A stretch of 64,000 nucleotides of DNA, from the NCBI GenBank assembly GCA_030699125.1, contig JAUYKM010000009.1, positions 204,958-268,957 of the forward strand, written 5' to 3'. Positions 18,433 to 29,244 of this stretch are shown here, piece after piece. Below the pieces are notes generated by a model. That model was not told the DNA's origin. It ran no database searches and saw only the letters and a list, made by a program, of their open reading frames with translations. The first letter of the stretch is position 1; each line of letters starts with the position of its first letter. Source of the stretch: Candidatus Daviesbacteria bacterium (GTDB taxonomy: Bacteria > Patescibacteriota > Microgenomatia > Daviesbacterales > UBA10151). A program made the translations under genes and the position numbers.

Positions 18433-19347
18433 ATGAATAAAAAATTACCGGGAGTATCAGTTGTCATTCCCAGTTTTAACGATAAAAAAAAAGTTTTTAG
18501 ATTACTTAATTCTTTAGAAAAATCAACTTATTCTAATCTAGAAACTATTGTAGTAGTAAATGGCCCAAAAGATACCTTAGATGAGGGAGAGAAGAAATAT
18601 CTTTGGGTTAAATGGATTGATGCCGGTGGAGATAATATTGGACAAACTGGCTGTTATAATTTAGGCTTTGCCTATACAAAAAAAGAAAATCATATTCTCT
18701 ATTGTGACTCTGATGTAGTTTTAGATAAAGACATGATATCTAATTTGGTTAAAGCGACGCAGTCTAATAAAAAGATTGGGATAGTAACTCCAATGATTTT
18801 GTATCTGTCTGATAAGAACTTTGTTAATCAAGCGGGAGCAGAAGTTAATTTAATTACAGGCCAGGTCAAAGTAGGATGGGGGTCCAAAGAGAAATTTTTA
18901 GAAGGTCATGAGGTTCAGAATTCTGGCACATTAATGCTTTTTAAACGGGATGTTGTCAATAAAATTGGAGGAGTAGATAATTGGTTTCTGTGTTATTTTG
19001 ATCCCGATTATTGTTTAAGAGCAAAAAGAGAGGGTTTTATTACTTGGTATGAGCCTTCGGCTAAATGTTTCCATGATCAGTCTAAAGATCCCAATATATG
19101 GAGACCGCGAGTATTAAGCAGGGCGTATCTTTTGGGAAGAAATAGGGTTTTATTTATGAGGAGGCATGGCAATATGTTGACATTTATCTTATTCCTACCT
19201 CTTATTTTAGGATACTATTTTATCGAAACTTTGAGATATAATAATTTCCATAAATTTCTTGAGCTTCTCTGGGGTACTTTGGTAGGATTTTTTTACCCTC
19301 TAAAATCTGCTAATTTTATTCCTCTGCCAAGGGTTAAAAAAGTATAG
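18433..19347 (+). CDS. GT2 glycosyltransferase
   Basis: VSVVIPSFN, DSD, RAYLLGRNRVLFMRRH, C-terminal membrane segment. Confidence 0.88.
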   Translation: MNKKLPGVSVVIPSFNDKKKVFRLLNSLEKSTYSNLETIVVVNGPKDTLDEGEKKYLWVKWIDAGGDNIGQTGCYNLGFAYTKKENHILYCDSDVVLDKDMISNLVKATQSNKKIGIVTPMILYLSDKNFVNQAGAEVNLITGQVKVGWGSKEKFLEGHEVQNSGTLMLFKRDVVNKIGGVDNWFLCYFDPDYCLRAKREGFITWYEPSAKCFHDQSKDPNIWRPRVLSRAYLLGRNRVLFMRRHGNMLTFILFLPLILGYYFIETLRYNNFHKFLELLWGTLVGFFYPLKSANFIPLPRVKKV

Positions 19348-19388
19348 TTTTCCTAAAGAAATCATGTAATAATACAAACTTAAAGTGT

Positions 19389-20045
19389 ATGAAGTTTATC
19401 GATAAACTTAAAACCCTTACTCCATTTTCATATATGTGGTTTCTCAAAAGAAATATTGGAGAAGCCAAGACTATACTAGATTTAGGATGCGAAGATGGCA
19501 GGTTGCTTGAACTTTTATCCTTTGGGGAGAAGTGGCAAGTGACAGGTGTAGATATATATAAAGAGAATGTGGAAAAAGCATCTAGAAGAAATATTTTTGT
19601 TAAAGTGATTAAGGGAGATGTAGTAGAAGTTTCAAAAAAATTTGTAAAATTGAGAAAAAAATTCGATGTGGTTTTTTGTTCGCAAGTGATAGAACATATT
19701 GAGAGAAAAAAGGGAGAACAGTTATTTGATCTTGTTGATAAATTAGCAAGAAAAAGAATCGTGATTGGAACACCGAAAGGATTTATGAATCAACCGCATG
19801 TTTTTTTGGGAAATAATCCTCATATGCACCATAAATCTGGGTGGACTATAGAAGATTTTAAGAATCATGGGTATAAAGTTTATGGGATAGGTTTTTGGCC
19901 TATCTGGAAGGAAGAAGGATTAGCAAGAATAGATAATAAACTACTTTTCCTTACAATGACAATCTTAGGTTATATTTTTTCTCCAATAGTTTACTATTTC
20001 CCTACACTCGGAGCGGGAATTTTGGGTATTAAACAAAAGGTATGA
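19389..20045 (+). CDS. Class I SAM-dependent methyltransferase
   Basis: ILDLGCEDG, FDVV, QVIEH, GTP. Confidence 0.82.
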   Translation: MKFIDKLKTLTPFSYMWFLKRNIGEAKTILDLGCEDGRLLELLSFGEKWQVTGVDIYKENVEKASRRNIFVKVIKGDVVEVSKKFVKLRKKFDVVFCSQVIEHIERKKGEQLFDLVDKLARKRIVIGTPKGFMNQPHVFLGNNPHMHHKSGWTIEDFKNHGYKVYGIGFWPIWKEEGLARIDNKLLFLTMTILGYIFSPIVYYFPTLGAGILGIKQKV

Positions 20046-21646
20046 AAAAAGCTTTGGTATCAGTAGTTATAGTAACAAAGGATAGAAAAAATGATTTAAT
20101 TGAGTGTACTAATTCCTATATTAAATCAACATATAAGCCAATAGAAATTATAGTTATAGATAATGCCTCAAAGCCTTCTTTATTAACATGGCTACCAAAA
20201 AAATATCCAAAAGTTAAACTTATTACTTCTGATAAAAATCTAGGTGCAGCATCTGGGAGAAACTTAGGATTTGATCATTCGAAAGGTGAGTATATTCTTT
20301 TTACAGATGATGACGCTGTTTGTGATAAAGATATGATTACTCAATTAGTGAAAGTTTTCGAAGATAAAAATGAAGCAGGAATTGTTCAACCGTTAGTCTA
20401 CGATAAGCATCGAAAGAATATGCTGCAAGGTGCAGGTCATGATATTGATCTTACAACAGGAAGGATTAGAGCATCAGGTGTGAAAGAAGTTGATAGGGGA
20501 CAGTATGATGGTTTAAGGGAAGTGCCGATGTGTGGTTGTGTGTGGATGGTAAAAAGGGAGGTCTTTGAAAAGATTGGCAGCTATGATCCGGATTATTTTA
20601 TTCCATATGAAGATTGCGATTTTTCTGTAAGGGCAAGGAATGCAGGATTTAAGCTCTATTGTATATCTTTGGGTAAGACTTGGCATCGAGGCCCTAAGAA
20701 TACATTTGTTCATCCCTGGATAGAATGGCTTGGTATTACTTCCCCCGAAAGAGCATACAGAATTGCCAGAAATAAAATGATATTCATGAGAAAAAATTCA
20801 CCATTTCCTAACAATCTTATTTTTTTCTTTTTGTTTCTTCCAATATATACTTTAGCTCATAGTTTAATTATTCTATTGACGGGAAAGTTCGATATCTTTT
20901 TAAAGTATTGGTTAGGAGTTATATCCGGAGTTTGGTATGCTATAACTTTCCCTGTCAGAGATATTGTTAGATCTAACTATAGGAAGATTGATAAATTATC
21001 ACGTCCTATAAAAATGTTCCTAATTGCAACAACAGATCCTGTTAATTGGGTAATTGATACAAAAAGTGAATCTATTCTGGATTTGGGTTGTGGACCTGGT
21101 AAATTAATGGAATTTATAAAATTCAAAATGAAGGTAAGAAAAGCAGTCGGTGTTGATCTCTTTGCTCCTTATATTGAAGAGGGAAAATTAAGAAAAACTC
21201 ATGATCAATTTATATTGGAAGACGTAAGAAAAGTGAAATTTAATAATAAATCTTTTGATATTGTACTTGCCTCTCATGTACTTGAGCATTTAGGTAAAAA
21301 TGATGCTTGGAAACTTTTGAGTAATATGGAAAAGTGGGCAAAAAGACAAGTTATTGTGGCAACGCCAATTGGTGAACATTACCATCCTCCTGAGGATGGT
21401 AATCCACTACAGCTTCATCATAGCGCTTTCCAGCCTGAAGATTTTGAAAAAAGAGGTTATAAAATACTAAAATATGGCTGGAAATGGTTACTTGGAGATA
21501 AGGGATTAGTTCATAAAATAGATAATGATTTGATCAGAAAAATCATCTATACATTTAATATTTTGATTACCCCCATACTTTATTTATTTCAAGAAAGCTG
21601 TGACTATATTTTTGTAGCTATTAAAAGGGTAGATGAAAAGTTATAA
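20042..21646 (+). CDS. GT2 glycosyltransferase fused to C-terminal methyltransferase
   Basis: N-terminal IDNAS, GRNLG, DDD, YEDCD. C-terminal ILDLGCGPG, FDIV, VLEHL. Confidence 0.88.
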   Translation: MKKALVSVVIVTKDRKNDLIECTNSYIKSTYKPIEIIVIDNASKPSLLTWLPKKYPKVKLITSDKNLGAASGRNLGFDHSKGEYILFTDDDAVCDKDMITQLVKVFEDKNEAGIVQPLVYDKHRKNMLQGAGHDIDLTTGRIRASGVKEVDRGQYDGLREVPMCGCVWMVKREVFEKIGSYDPDYFIPYEDCDFSVRARNAGFKLYCISLGKTWHRGPKNTFVHPWIEWLGITSPERAYRIARNKMIFMRKNSPFPNNLIFFFLFLPIYTLAHSLIILLTGKFDIFLKYWLGVISGVWYAITFPVRDIVRSNYRKIDKLSRPIKMFLIATTDPVNWVIDTKSESILDLGCGPGKLMEFIKFKMKVRKAVGVDLFAPYIEEGKLRKTHDQFILEDVRKVKFNNKSFDIVLASHVLEHLGKNDAWKLLSNMEKWAKRQVIVATPIGEHYHPPEDGNPLQLHHSAFQPEDFEKRGYKILKYGWKWLLGDKGLVHKIDNDLIRKIIYTFNILITPILYLFQESCDYIFVAIKRVDEKL

Positions 21647-24600
21647 GAGTCTTTTACCGATTGCTATATTTGTCCTACTTTCAACAATTCTGATATTTTC
21701 TTGGTTTAGGTATGGATATTTATATGGTGGAGGAGATGTAGGTATACCTTCATATAATCCGGCAAGGGTTCTAGAATTTGCCAAAAATATCTGGTGGGAG
21801 GCGTCTGCTCCTGGGGCACCTGTTGCACAGGGGTTAACTTCCGTACCAATGCAGTTTTTTCAAACTACTCTTGCAAAAATTGGCTTACCGTATTTTTTAA
21901 TTCAAGCAGTGTTATTTTGGATCATCCTTTTTTCAATGGGGATGGGTATGTATTGGGTGGGACTGACAGTTTTTGGGTCGAAAAATTTAATTCTTGCTAC
22001 TCTCTCTGGCCTTTTTTACATGCTAAATCCATATACAATGATTCAAGTTTGGCACCGCTCTATCTACAATACATTTTTTCTAGCAGCTGCATTTCCATTT
22101 CTTTATATATTCTGGAGTTATTGGATAAAAAGGGGAAAATATTATCTTCTATTGCTATTTCTCCTGGTCAATATTTTGAGCGTTTATATGTTTGGTACCT
22201 TAGGATTTATTTTTGCCATACTTTTTTTACTGTTGTTTGAAAGCTTGATAGAAATTTTTTTGCCTTGGAAAGGAAAAGCTCATTTAAAGACTATCATATT
22301 CAGATCTATTTTGGGGATAATCTCCTTTTTCATTATTCATATTTGGTGGCTTTGGCCAGTTTTTAATATTACTCCTCTAACTGTTTCCCAACAGCATACC
22401 ATTGGTGAAAACTTAGCAGTTTTAAGAGGAATCAGCAGTCAAACTATAATTCCCTATAGCCTAATAGGTATAAATCCTTTCTATCTTTATGAGGTTGCTG
22501 ACTGGGGGGAAATTTTTGACTTTTCATTTTTCCGCTTCAGTCCTTATCTAATTTTAATTTTTTTGATCCCAGGAATATGGAAATCCTTAATAACTCAGGG
22601 TTTAACTAAGTGGGCGTTACTATTTTTTACAGGGATGTTGTTGCTTAAAGGGGCAGCCGCTCCTTTTGGAAATTTATTTTATTTAGCTTTCAGTAACCTA
22701 TTTATTTTAGGTACTATAAGAAATCCTTTTGAGAAGTTGGGAATCTTTTTACCCTTTTCGGCGGCAATACTTTTTGCGCTGGGGGTGGATTGGATAATAA
22801 AAAGAATTAAATTGAAATTTATTGTTTTCCCTGTGATTTTTATAACCTTCTTTATAATATTTGGAATAAATTTATGGCCGATGTGGTTGGGAAAATTGTT
22901 TGACAGTAGGGAACAATCAAGTTTTGTGGTAGTTCCCAACGATTACAACCAGGTTGATGATTTTATAAAAAGAGAAGGAAAAGATGGAAAAATTTTACTA
23001 CTTCCCTTAAATTCCGGTGAATCAGCCAAATATAATTGGTTAAAAGGATACCATGGTTTGGCTCTGGGCCAGCATTTATTTACCTCCCTGCCCTCAATTT
23101 CGCACGGTTTTAATGTAGCTTATGTTGATAATGCTATTGATGCCTTATCTAAATCCTTCAACCCGGATAGTCAGACTGACAAGAAAAAGATTCTCGCTTT
23201 CCTGCAAGCATTTAATATTAGATATATTATTCTACAAAATAATTTAGACTGGCGAGTTAGTAAAACATTGGAACCGAAAAAAATAGAACAACTGCTGTCG
23301 AGTTTAGATTTCTTAGTTCTAAAGGGACAATTTGGTGAATTAGAGATTTTTGAAGTAAAGGAAGATTTCTTTTCTCCAAGAATTATTTTATCTTCCAATA
23401 TTCAGTATTTAAATTTACCATCAGCAAATATTTGGCCATATCTTTTGAAAGAAAAAGACGGTAATTTTATTACTCCTATTAATAAAGACAATGAGGATGT
23501 TAATCCTTTTCAGGTGGGAGAAGTAATACTGGTACCGCAGAATTTTTATATCTATGATTTAACGATACCTCCAATAGAAAGAGCCGTTGGGGAGTTACCT
23601 GCAGCCAGCAGAATTTTACCCAATAACCCATTGTATTTTTTAATTAGTTTAAAAGAGTTAGTGCAGCTTCTACCTTTAGTCTATCAAGATAAGTTTATTT
23701 CACAAATTAACTTTTCCGGAAAAAGACTGATTGAGGCTTATAAGTTACAGGAAAAAGAAAAGTCTTCCATAGTTTCTACAATTAATTCATATAATAATTT
23801 AATTGCTGATATTTTTGAAGGAGATTTCCTAAAGAAAGAATTGAATCTTTCAATAAATCGGGAAAGTTTACTGAATGATGTTTTCAATAAGCACATCAGC
23901 ATTTTAAATTATTTAGAATCTCAGACTGAGGGTCAGGATCAAGAGGCAGTGAAAGAAGCATTTGTTAAGTTGAATAGTTATCTAATTAGCCATGATTTGG
24001 TACCAAAATATTTAACTGATTTTAAACCCTCTTTATATCAAATATCAAACCTTTATATTCCGCAAGACGGTGGATATAACCTTTTTTTAACTAGAGAAAA
24101 CACAGAGTCTATTTATCAGAATCAGTTGAAAGAGTTTCATTTCCTAATAAATGGACAAACGTACAATCTTACGGGAGAGACTCAAGATCAGTTTATAGAT
24201 TTTGGCCAACTTAATTTTAAGAAGGGGCAGTATGAAATTGGATATGAAGTAATTGATTCAGTGAATCTAGTCGGTGACTTGGAAAAAATTAAAACCGAAG
24301 GACAAGTAAGTTATCTCAATGGTGAGTGGGAATCTACATCAGGAGAACACGAACCCTCATATATAGAAATTCCTATAAATCCGGTTAGTCCTCATACAAA
24401 TTATCAAATTCAATTTGATTCTTGGATTAAACTGGGAGATAAATTTAAGATACAGCTAATTCAAGAGACGGATATATTTGATAAAAAAATAAATGACCAT
24501 AAAAGAGATTTCGAAAAGGTAGTATTTAGAAATATTTACAATAATTATTGGAATGAAAATATTTTTATTTTCACACTTGATGAAAAAAGTTCTAAAGCCA

Positions 24601-25133
24601 GTATTCGGATAATTTTGGAACCTTGGGATGATTGCCGAATAATCTTAGTCAATAAAAAGTTATGTGATAAAAAAGATTTTCGCTTCCCCTTTGAACATAA
24701 AAGCTCTATATCATTAAGAGATATAAAGCTGGTCAGAAAACTTAACAATAGATTATTTATCAAATCTACCAATAATGAGCTAGAAACCGGAAGTATTGAC
24801 TCCAATCAAGTAATAAATCTTATGAGTATAAGTCCGACCCTATTTAATGGGAAAATTAAAATAACAAAACCGACATTTTTGATCTTTAAGGAAAGTTATC
24901 ATCCAGACTGGAAATTATCAATTAAAGATGGAAACTTTAATAATAATCACCTGCAGAGATTTTTGGCAAATGGTTACTCTAATGCCTGGTATATAGATCA
25001 GGAGGGTACATATGAGTTTAGTTTAGAATTTACTCCTCAAAAACAGGTTTTGATAGGAATTTTAATAAGCGTTGGTTATTTTATAATAATAATTATCTTA
25101 ACTTTTTGGCAGATTAGAAGGAGAGTTAAATGA
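21633..25133 (+). CDS. Large AftD/YfhO-like GT-C membrane protein with internal DUF5667-like helical module and CBM-like domain
   Basis: GGGDVG, YMLNPY, WWLWP, KGAAAPF, RNPFEK, WPM. Internal ILPNNPLYFL...KRLIEA. C-terminal ESYHPDW...ANGYSNAW...FTPQ. Confidence 0.7.
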   Translation: MKSYKSLLPIAIFVLLSTILIFSWFRYGYLYGGGDVGIPSYNPARVLEFAKNIWWEASAPGAPVAQGLTSVPMQFFQTTLAKIGLPYFLIQAVLFWIILFSMGMGMYWVGLTVFGSKNLILATLSGLFYMLNPYTMIQVWHRSIYNTFFLAAAFPFLYIFWSYWIKRGKYYLLLLFLLVNILSVYMFGTLGFIFAILFLLLFESLIEIFLPWKGKAHLKTIIFRSILGIISFFIIHIWWLWPVFNITPLTVSQQHTIGENLAVLRGISSQTIIPYSLIGINPFYLYEVADWGEIFDFSFFRFSPYLILIFLIPGIWKSLITQGLTKWALLFFTGMLLLKGAAAPFGNLFYLAFSNLFILGTIRNPFEKLGIFLPFSAAILFALGVDWIIKRIKLKFIVFPVIFITFFIIFGINLWPMWLGKLFDSREQSSFVVVPNDYNQVDDFIKREGKDGKILLLPLNSGESAKYNWLKGYHGLALGQHLFTSLPSISHGFNVAYVDNAIDALSKSFNPDSQTDKKKILAFLQAFNIRYIILQNNLDWRVSKTLEPKKIEQLLSSLDFLVLKGQFGELEIFEVKEDFFSPRIILSSNIQYLNLPSANIWPYLLKEKDGNFITPINKDNEDVNPFQVGEVILVPQNFYIYDLTIPPIERAVGELPAASRILPNNPLYFLISLKELVQLLPLVYQDKFISQINFSGKRLIEAYKLQEKEKSSIVSTINSYNNLIADIFEGDFLKKELNLSINRESLLNDVFNKHISILNYLESQTEGQDQEAVKEAFVKLNSYLISHDLVPKYLTDFKPSLYQISNLYIPQDGGYNLFLTRENTESIYQNQLKEFHFLINGQTYNLTGETQDQFIDFGQLNFKKGQYEIGYEVIDSVNLVGDLEKIKTEGQVSYLNGEWESTSGEHEPSYIEIPINPVSPHTNYQIQFDSWIKLGDKFKIQLIQETDIFDKKINDHKRDFEKVVFRNIYNNYWNENIFIFTLDEKSSKASIRIILEPWDDCRIILVNKKLCDKKDFRFPFEHKSSISLRDIKLVRKLNNRLFIKSTNNELETGSIDSNQVINLMSISPTLFNGKIKITKPTFLIFKESYHPDWKLSIKDGNFNNNHLQRFLANGYSNAWYIDQEGTYEFSLEFTPQKQVLIGILISVGYFIIIIILTFWQIRRRVK

Positions 25134-25468
25134 AAAAAGGCAAAATCATAAAATTTATTTCGGCGTTTTTTATAATTTTCCCTCTGATATTTTTTGCAAA
25201 TACTACCTCGTTAGCTAATAGTGAAGTTATACTTTTGCAGAATTTAATTTTTTCTGTTTCTTTAGCAAGTCTATTAATTTGGCCGTATCTTAAAAAGTAT
25301 TACCTTATATTGTGCTTAATCCTAATTATTGTAATGGTTTTTTTATCAACTTTTAAATTACTTGAAGCTGCAGATTATGCTGGTAGTACCGCTTTTGGAA
25401 TAATGTTCTTTGTTTTATTAATTTATCTACCTGTATTAGTTAGAAGGGGACATATTAATGAACTATAA
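25130..25468 (+). CDS. Small four-TM membrane protein (paralog of 28909-29244)
   Basis: Hydrophobic 112 aa, ATGA-coupled to the upstream gene, ends YLPVLVRRGHINEL. Confidence 0.75.
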   Translation: MKKGKIIKFISAFFIIFPLIFFANTTSLANSEVILLQNLIFSVSLASLLIWPYLKKYYLILCLILIIVMVFLSTFKLLEAADYAGSTAFGIMFFVLLIYLPVLVRRGHINEL

Positions 25469-28400
25469 TCGTTTTAAATCGCCCTTAATTTTTTTTCTTT
25501 TATTTTCCGCCACTTTAATTTTTATCTGGTTTAAACAGGGATTAATCTATGGAGGTGGAGATGTTGGTTTGCAAACTTATAATCCACAGAGAACTTTGGA
25601 AAATGCGCAATATATCTGGTGGGAGGCGGTTGCCCCCGGAAACCCTATTCCCCAAGGGTTAACAGCTGTTCCATTTCACTTTATTTTTTCCAAACTGCAA
25701 CTGATAGGTTTTGGTCCGGTTCTTCTGCAAGCCACGTTATTCTTTTTGATTTTATTTTTTATGGGTTACGGGATGTATAGATTACTTTTATCTATTTTTA
25801 ATGTAAACAAATTTTACGCCATTTTGGGCGGTTTATTCTACATGATTAATCCATATATGATGGTGCAGGTATGGCATAGATTTGTTCACTCGACTTTTTT
25901 TTTGGCAGCTGCACTGCCATTTTTGGTAATTTTTTGGACAAACTGGATTAAAAAAGGTAATTCTTTTTCTCTTTTGCTCTTTTTATTTACCAATCTGATA
26001 GCTGTTTATTTATATGGAACTTTAGCTTATTTATTAACCGTCTGGATATTGCTTTTTCTGATAACTCTTGGAGAAATTATTATTCCCTTTACCAATCTCA
26101 AACATTCAAGTAGGTTGTTAGTTAAATTCTTAATAGGCTTCATTTTGTGGCTGTTAACTAATAGTTGGTGGTTGGTACCTACTTTTAGTGTTGGGCCAGC
26201 AACATTCGCTCAACAACATACAGGTGAAGAAAGTCTTGTAACTTTAATTAACATCAGTAAACAAACGATTATTCCTTACTCATTGCAGCTTGTTAACCCA
26301 TTCTATCTATTTCTCCAGGCAGAATTGGGACAAGTTTATGCAAATGGCCTTATGAGAATAATTCCTTGGCTTTCAGTCATTTTTATATTGATTGGCTTGA
26401 TAAGTGGGTTAAAACAGAAGAAAATTGTGCTTTATTCATTGATATTTTTAATTGTACTACTTTTTGCAAAAGGAGCTGCTTCACCATTTACTTATCCATA
26501 CATCTTTGGCTTTGAACACTTGTTTAGTCTTGGAATTTTAAGAAATCCCTTTGAAAAAATAGGTATCCTTTTGCCATTTGTTGGTAGTATTCTTTTGATA
26601 GCAGGAATAGGATCATTAAGGACATTTTTTTCAAGATTTAACAGAGTCTATTATATTAATTCAGCAATTATACTTTCCTTTGTTGCTTTAATTATTTTTC
26701 ATTGGCCAATGTTTATTAGTCAACCATTTGGTAAACCGAATAATCCGGGTTATGTACAAGTCCCCCAAAGTTATAAAGACACAGATAATTGGATTAAAAA
26801 TGAGGTTAATATAAATTATAAAAGTAACATAGGTAAGATACTGCATCTCCCTCTACCCCTTGGAGAAAGCGTTTCGTATAAATGGAGGTGGGGATATAAC
26901 GGACTTGAATCTTCGGACTTACTATTTAGTTCACTACCCTCAATCTCGCATGGATTTAATATCAGTCGATTAGATGATTCTTTAACTGCATTATCTTTGT
27001 CATTTCTTAATTTCGGTATTAGCAATCAGAATTATATTTTGCGTCTTTTGCAAAATTTTAATGTTAGATTTATCGTTCTGCATAAAGATATTAACTGGCT
27101 TGGAGGAGATTTATATGACCCCACTCTTATTGAAGAAAAACTTAATCAATTAAATTTTCTAAAAAAATCTGCATCATTTGAAGACTTGTTAGTTTATAAA
27201 GTTTCAGATGATAATTTTAAACCAAAGATAAATTTAACGGTTAATTATCAGCTAATATATCCATCAAATAATGGTACGTTTTGGCCTTGGAGTCTAACTA
27301 ATGATAATCTTATGATTACTCCTTCTTTGGATGATCAGATAAACAACGATACGATTGATTTGGCAAATCAAGTGATAGTTTTTCCCGAGTCTTCATTTAA
27401 CTATCCACACTCTGTTTTCATTAATAATTTAGTTGACCAAATTGCTAGTAGTGAAGCATTAGCTCAATCATTAATTTCTGAGATAAGGAAGGTAAAGCCT
27501 ATTTTATTGCAAAACGGTGAGATAAATGCTGAACACATAAATGACAAGTTGATTTCAGCAACTGAAAAGATGATAGTAATGTTGAAAGCTAAAAGAGAAA
27601 ATTCTGAAATTACTAATAGTCAACTAGATGATTATAAGATGGACATGGAAACTATTTTCTCTCAAGACTTAAGAAATTCTAGGTTATTACTTTACATAAA
27701 TGAAAGAGATATGAGTCTCTTTTTACAAGTTCATTTTCATTCATTGCCCAAATTAAAAGAGGGATTAAATCCTAATATTCAAATACAGGTAGATGGAATA
27801 TCCCAGTATCTAAATAACCAATTAATCAGATATAACCTTATCCCGCAGTACTCACTCAAATTAGATACAAAAGAAGGTATAGATAGTCAAAAAGTTTTTA
27901 AATTTAAGATACCCAAAAAGTATCAATATGAAATTTTGATGATAGATATAAAAGGTAGCACCCTCTACCCGACCTTCCTACAAAAGATAAATTTAAGTAT
28001 CAATGGTCAGGTTAAGGAATTAACTGGTCAATTAAAAGAGAATGTTATGTCTTTTGGGTATTATGAATTTGATTCTGGTGATGTGGAGATAGGATACAAT
28101 ATTATTTCTTCATCAAATCTGGCTCAGTCATTTGATAATTTAATTAAGATTGGGAATGTAACTATAGCAGATGGTGTGATAAAGGTAGAATCAATTGGAG
28201 GAATTGGGTATATCGAAAGTTCAATTCCTGGCGCTAGGGGGGGAGATGTCTACCGAGTCAGTTTTGAAGTTATGTCACAAAATGCTAATGGTTTTAATTT
28301 TCAATTGGCTCAAGATATAGACAATATCAATGAAGCAGGTAAGAAAGTACCACAACTGAATGAGTTTATTAATCTAACACCAAACAATTGGCAGCACTTA

Positions 28401-28919
28401 AGGTTTACACTAAACCCGTTAAAGTTAACTACTCAAGAAGCATCAATAAGGTTGATAGTTTCTTCTAACCCACAATCATTAACACAATCGGCTATTTCGA
28501 TAAGAAACTTAAAAATAGAAAAGATATTAAATAATGATATAGTGCTGAAAGCTGTTTTAAATGAACAAAACAGTGAAGATGATGGGGGGCAAATATTGGA
28601 TATATCACAGAAGAGTCCAGTACTTTATCATGGAAAAGTAAAAATTATCAAACCTTCTTTTTTTATTTTTAGTGAGACATTTCATCCGGGATGGAAACTG
28701 ACCTTAAGCGATGGCCACAAGAATTTTTCACCAAAAGAGCACTTGATGGCCAATCTTTATGGTAATGCTTATTTTATAGATCAAATTGGCGAATATGATT
28801 TTATCTTAGAATTTGAGCCACAAAGATTGGTAAATAGGGGGGCTCTAATTGCATTTACAACGTATGTTGGTTTAATTATGTTTATAATTTGGAGGAGATT
28901 TAGAAAACATGAGAGTTAA
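25458..28919 (+). CDS. Large AftD/YfhO-like GT-C membrane protein (paralog of 21633-25133)
   Basis: GGGDVG, IWWEAVAPG, YMINPY, QVWHR, RNPFEK, SLPSISHGFN, ETFHPGW...ANLYGNAY...FEPQ. Confidence 0.7.
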   Translation: MNYNRFKSPLIFFLLFSATLIFIWFKQGLIYGGGDVGLQTYNPQRTLENAQYIWWEAVAPGNPIPQGLTAVPFHFIFSKLQLIGFGPVLLQATLFFLILFFMGYGMYRLLLSIFNVNKFYAILGGLFYMINPYMMVQVWHRFVHSTFFLAAALPFLVIFWTNWIKKGNSFSLLLFLFTNLIAVYLYGTLAYLLTVWILLFLITLGEIIIPFTNLKHSSRLLVKFLIGFILWLLTNSWWLVPTFSVGPATFAQQHTGEESLVTLINISKQTIIPYSLQLVNPFYLFLQAELGQVYANGLMRIIPWLSVIFILIGLISGLKQKKIVLYSLIFLIVLLFAKGAASPFTYPYIFGFEHLFSLGILRNPFEKIGILLPFVGSILLIAGIGSLRTFFSRFNRVYYINSAIILSFVALIIFHWPMFISQPFGKPNNPGYVQVPQSYKDTDNWIKNEVNINYKSNIGKILHLPLPLGESVSYKWRWGYNGLESSDLLFSSLPSISHGFNISRLDDSLTALSLSFLNFGISNQNYILRLLQNFNVRFIVLHKDINWLGGDLYDPTLIEEKLNQLNFLKKSASFEDLLVYKVSDDNFKPKINLTVNYQLIYPSNNGTFWPWSLTNDNLMITPSLDDQINNDTIDLANQVIVFPESSFNYPHSVFINNLVDQIASSEALAQSLISEIRKVKPILLQNGEINAEHINDKLISATEKMIVMLKAKRENSEITNSQLDDYKMDMETIFSQDLRNSRLLLYINERDMSLFLQVHFHSLPKLKEGLNPNIQIQVDGISQYLNNQLIRYNLIPQYSLKLDTKEGIDSQKVFKFKIPKKYQYEILMIDIKGSTLYPTFLQKINLSINGQVKELTGQLKENVMSFGYYEFDSGDVEIGYNIISSSNLAQSFDNLIKIGNVTIADGVIKVESIGGIGYIESSIPGARGGDVYRVSFEVMSQNANGFNFQLAQDIDNINEAGKKVPQLNEFINLTPNNWQHLRFTLNPLKLTTQEASIRLIVSSNPQSLTQSAISIRNLKIEKILNNDIVLKAVLNEQNSEDDGGQILDISQKSPVLYHGKVKIIKPSFFIFSETFHPGWKLTLSDGHKNFSPKEHLMANLYGNAYFIDQIGEYDFILEFEPQRLVNRGALIAFTTYVGLIMFIIWRRFRKHES

Positions 28920-29244
28920 TAAATTGATTTTGAGCATAATTATTTTTATTATTTCATTACCAATTTTTATCTGGTTGGAATCCGGATTTGCCATTAAATC
29001 TGCTACTGATTTTGTAAAACCATTAATATTCTCAGCCTCTTTGGTAATCTCATCAGTAAGATTTTATAAACATTATCTTTTGATTATATCCTTGACTCTG
29101 CTATTTTTGATGGTTATTTTTTATCTTTTTTGGCAAATTCCTACTGCAGATTGGCTGGGTAGTGTTGGCATAGGGATGTTTACTATCTATATTATTGGAT
29201 ATTTACCAGAATTGATAAGAAAAGGGTATGTGGAAAAATTATGA
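28909..29244 (+). CDS. Small four-TM membrane protein (paralog of 25130-25468)
   Basis: Hydrophobic 111 aa, ends YLPELIRKGYVEKL. Confidence 0.75.
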   Translation: MRVNKLILSIIIFIISLPIFIWLESGFAIKSATDFVKPLIFSASLVISSVRFYKHYLLIISLTLLFLMVIFYLFWQIPTADWLGSVGIGMFTIYIIGYLPELIRKGYVEKL

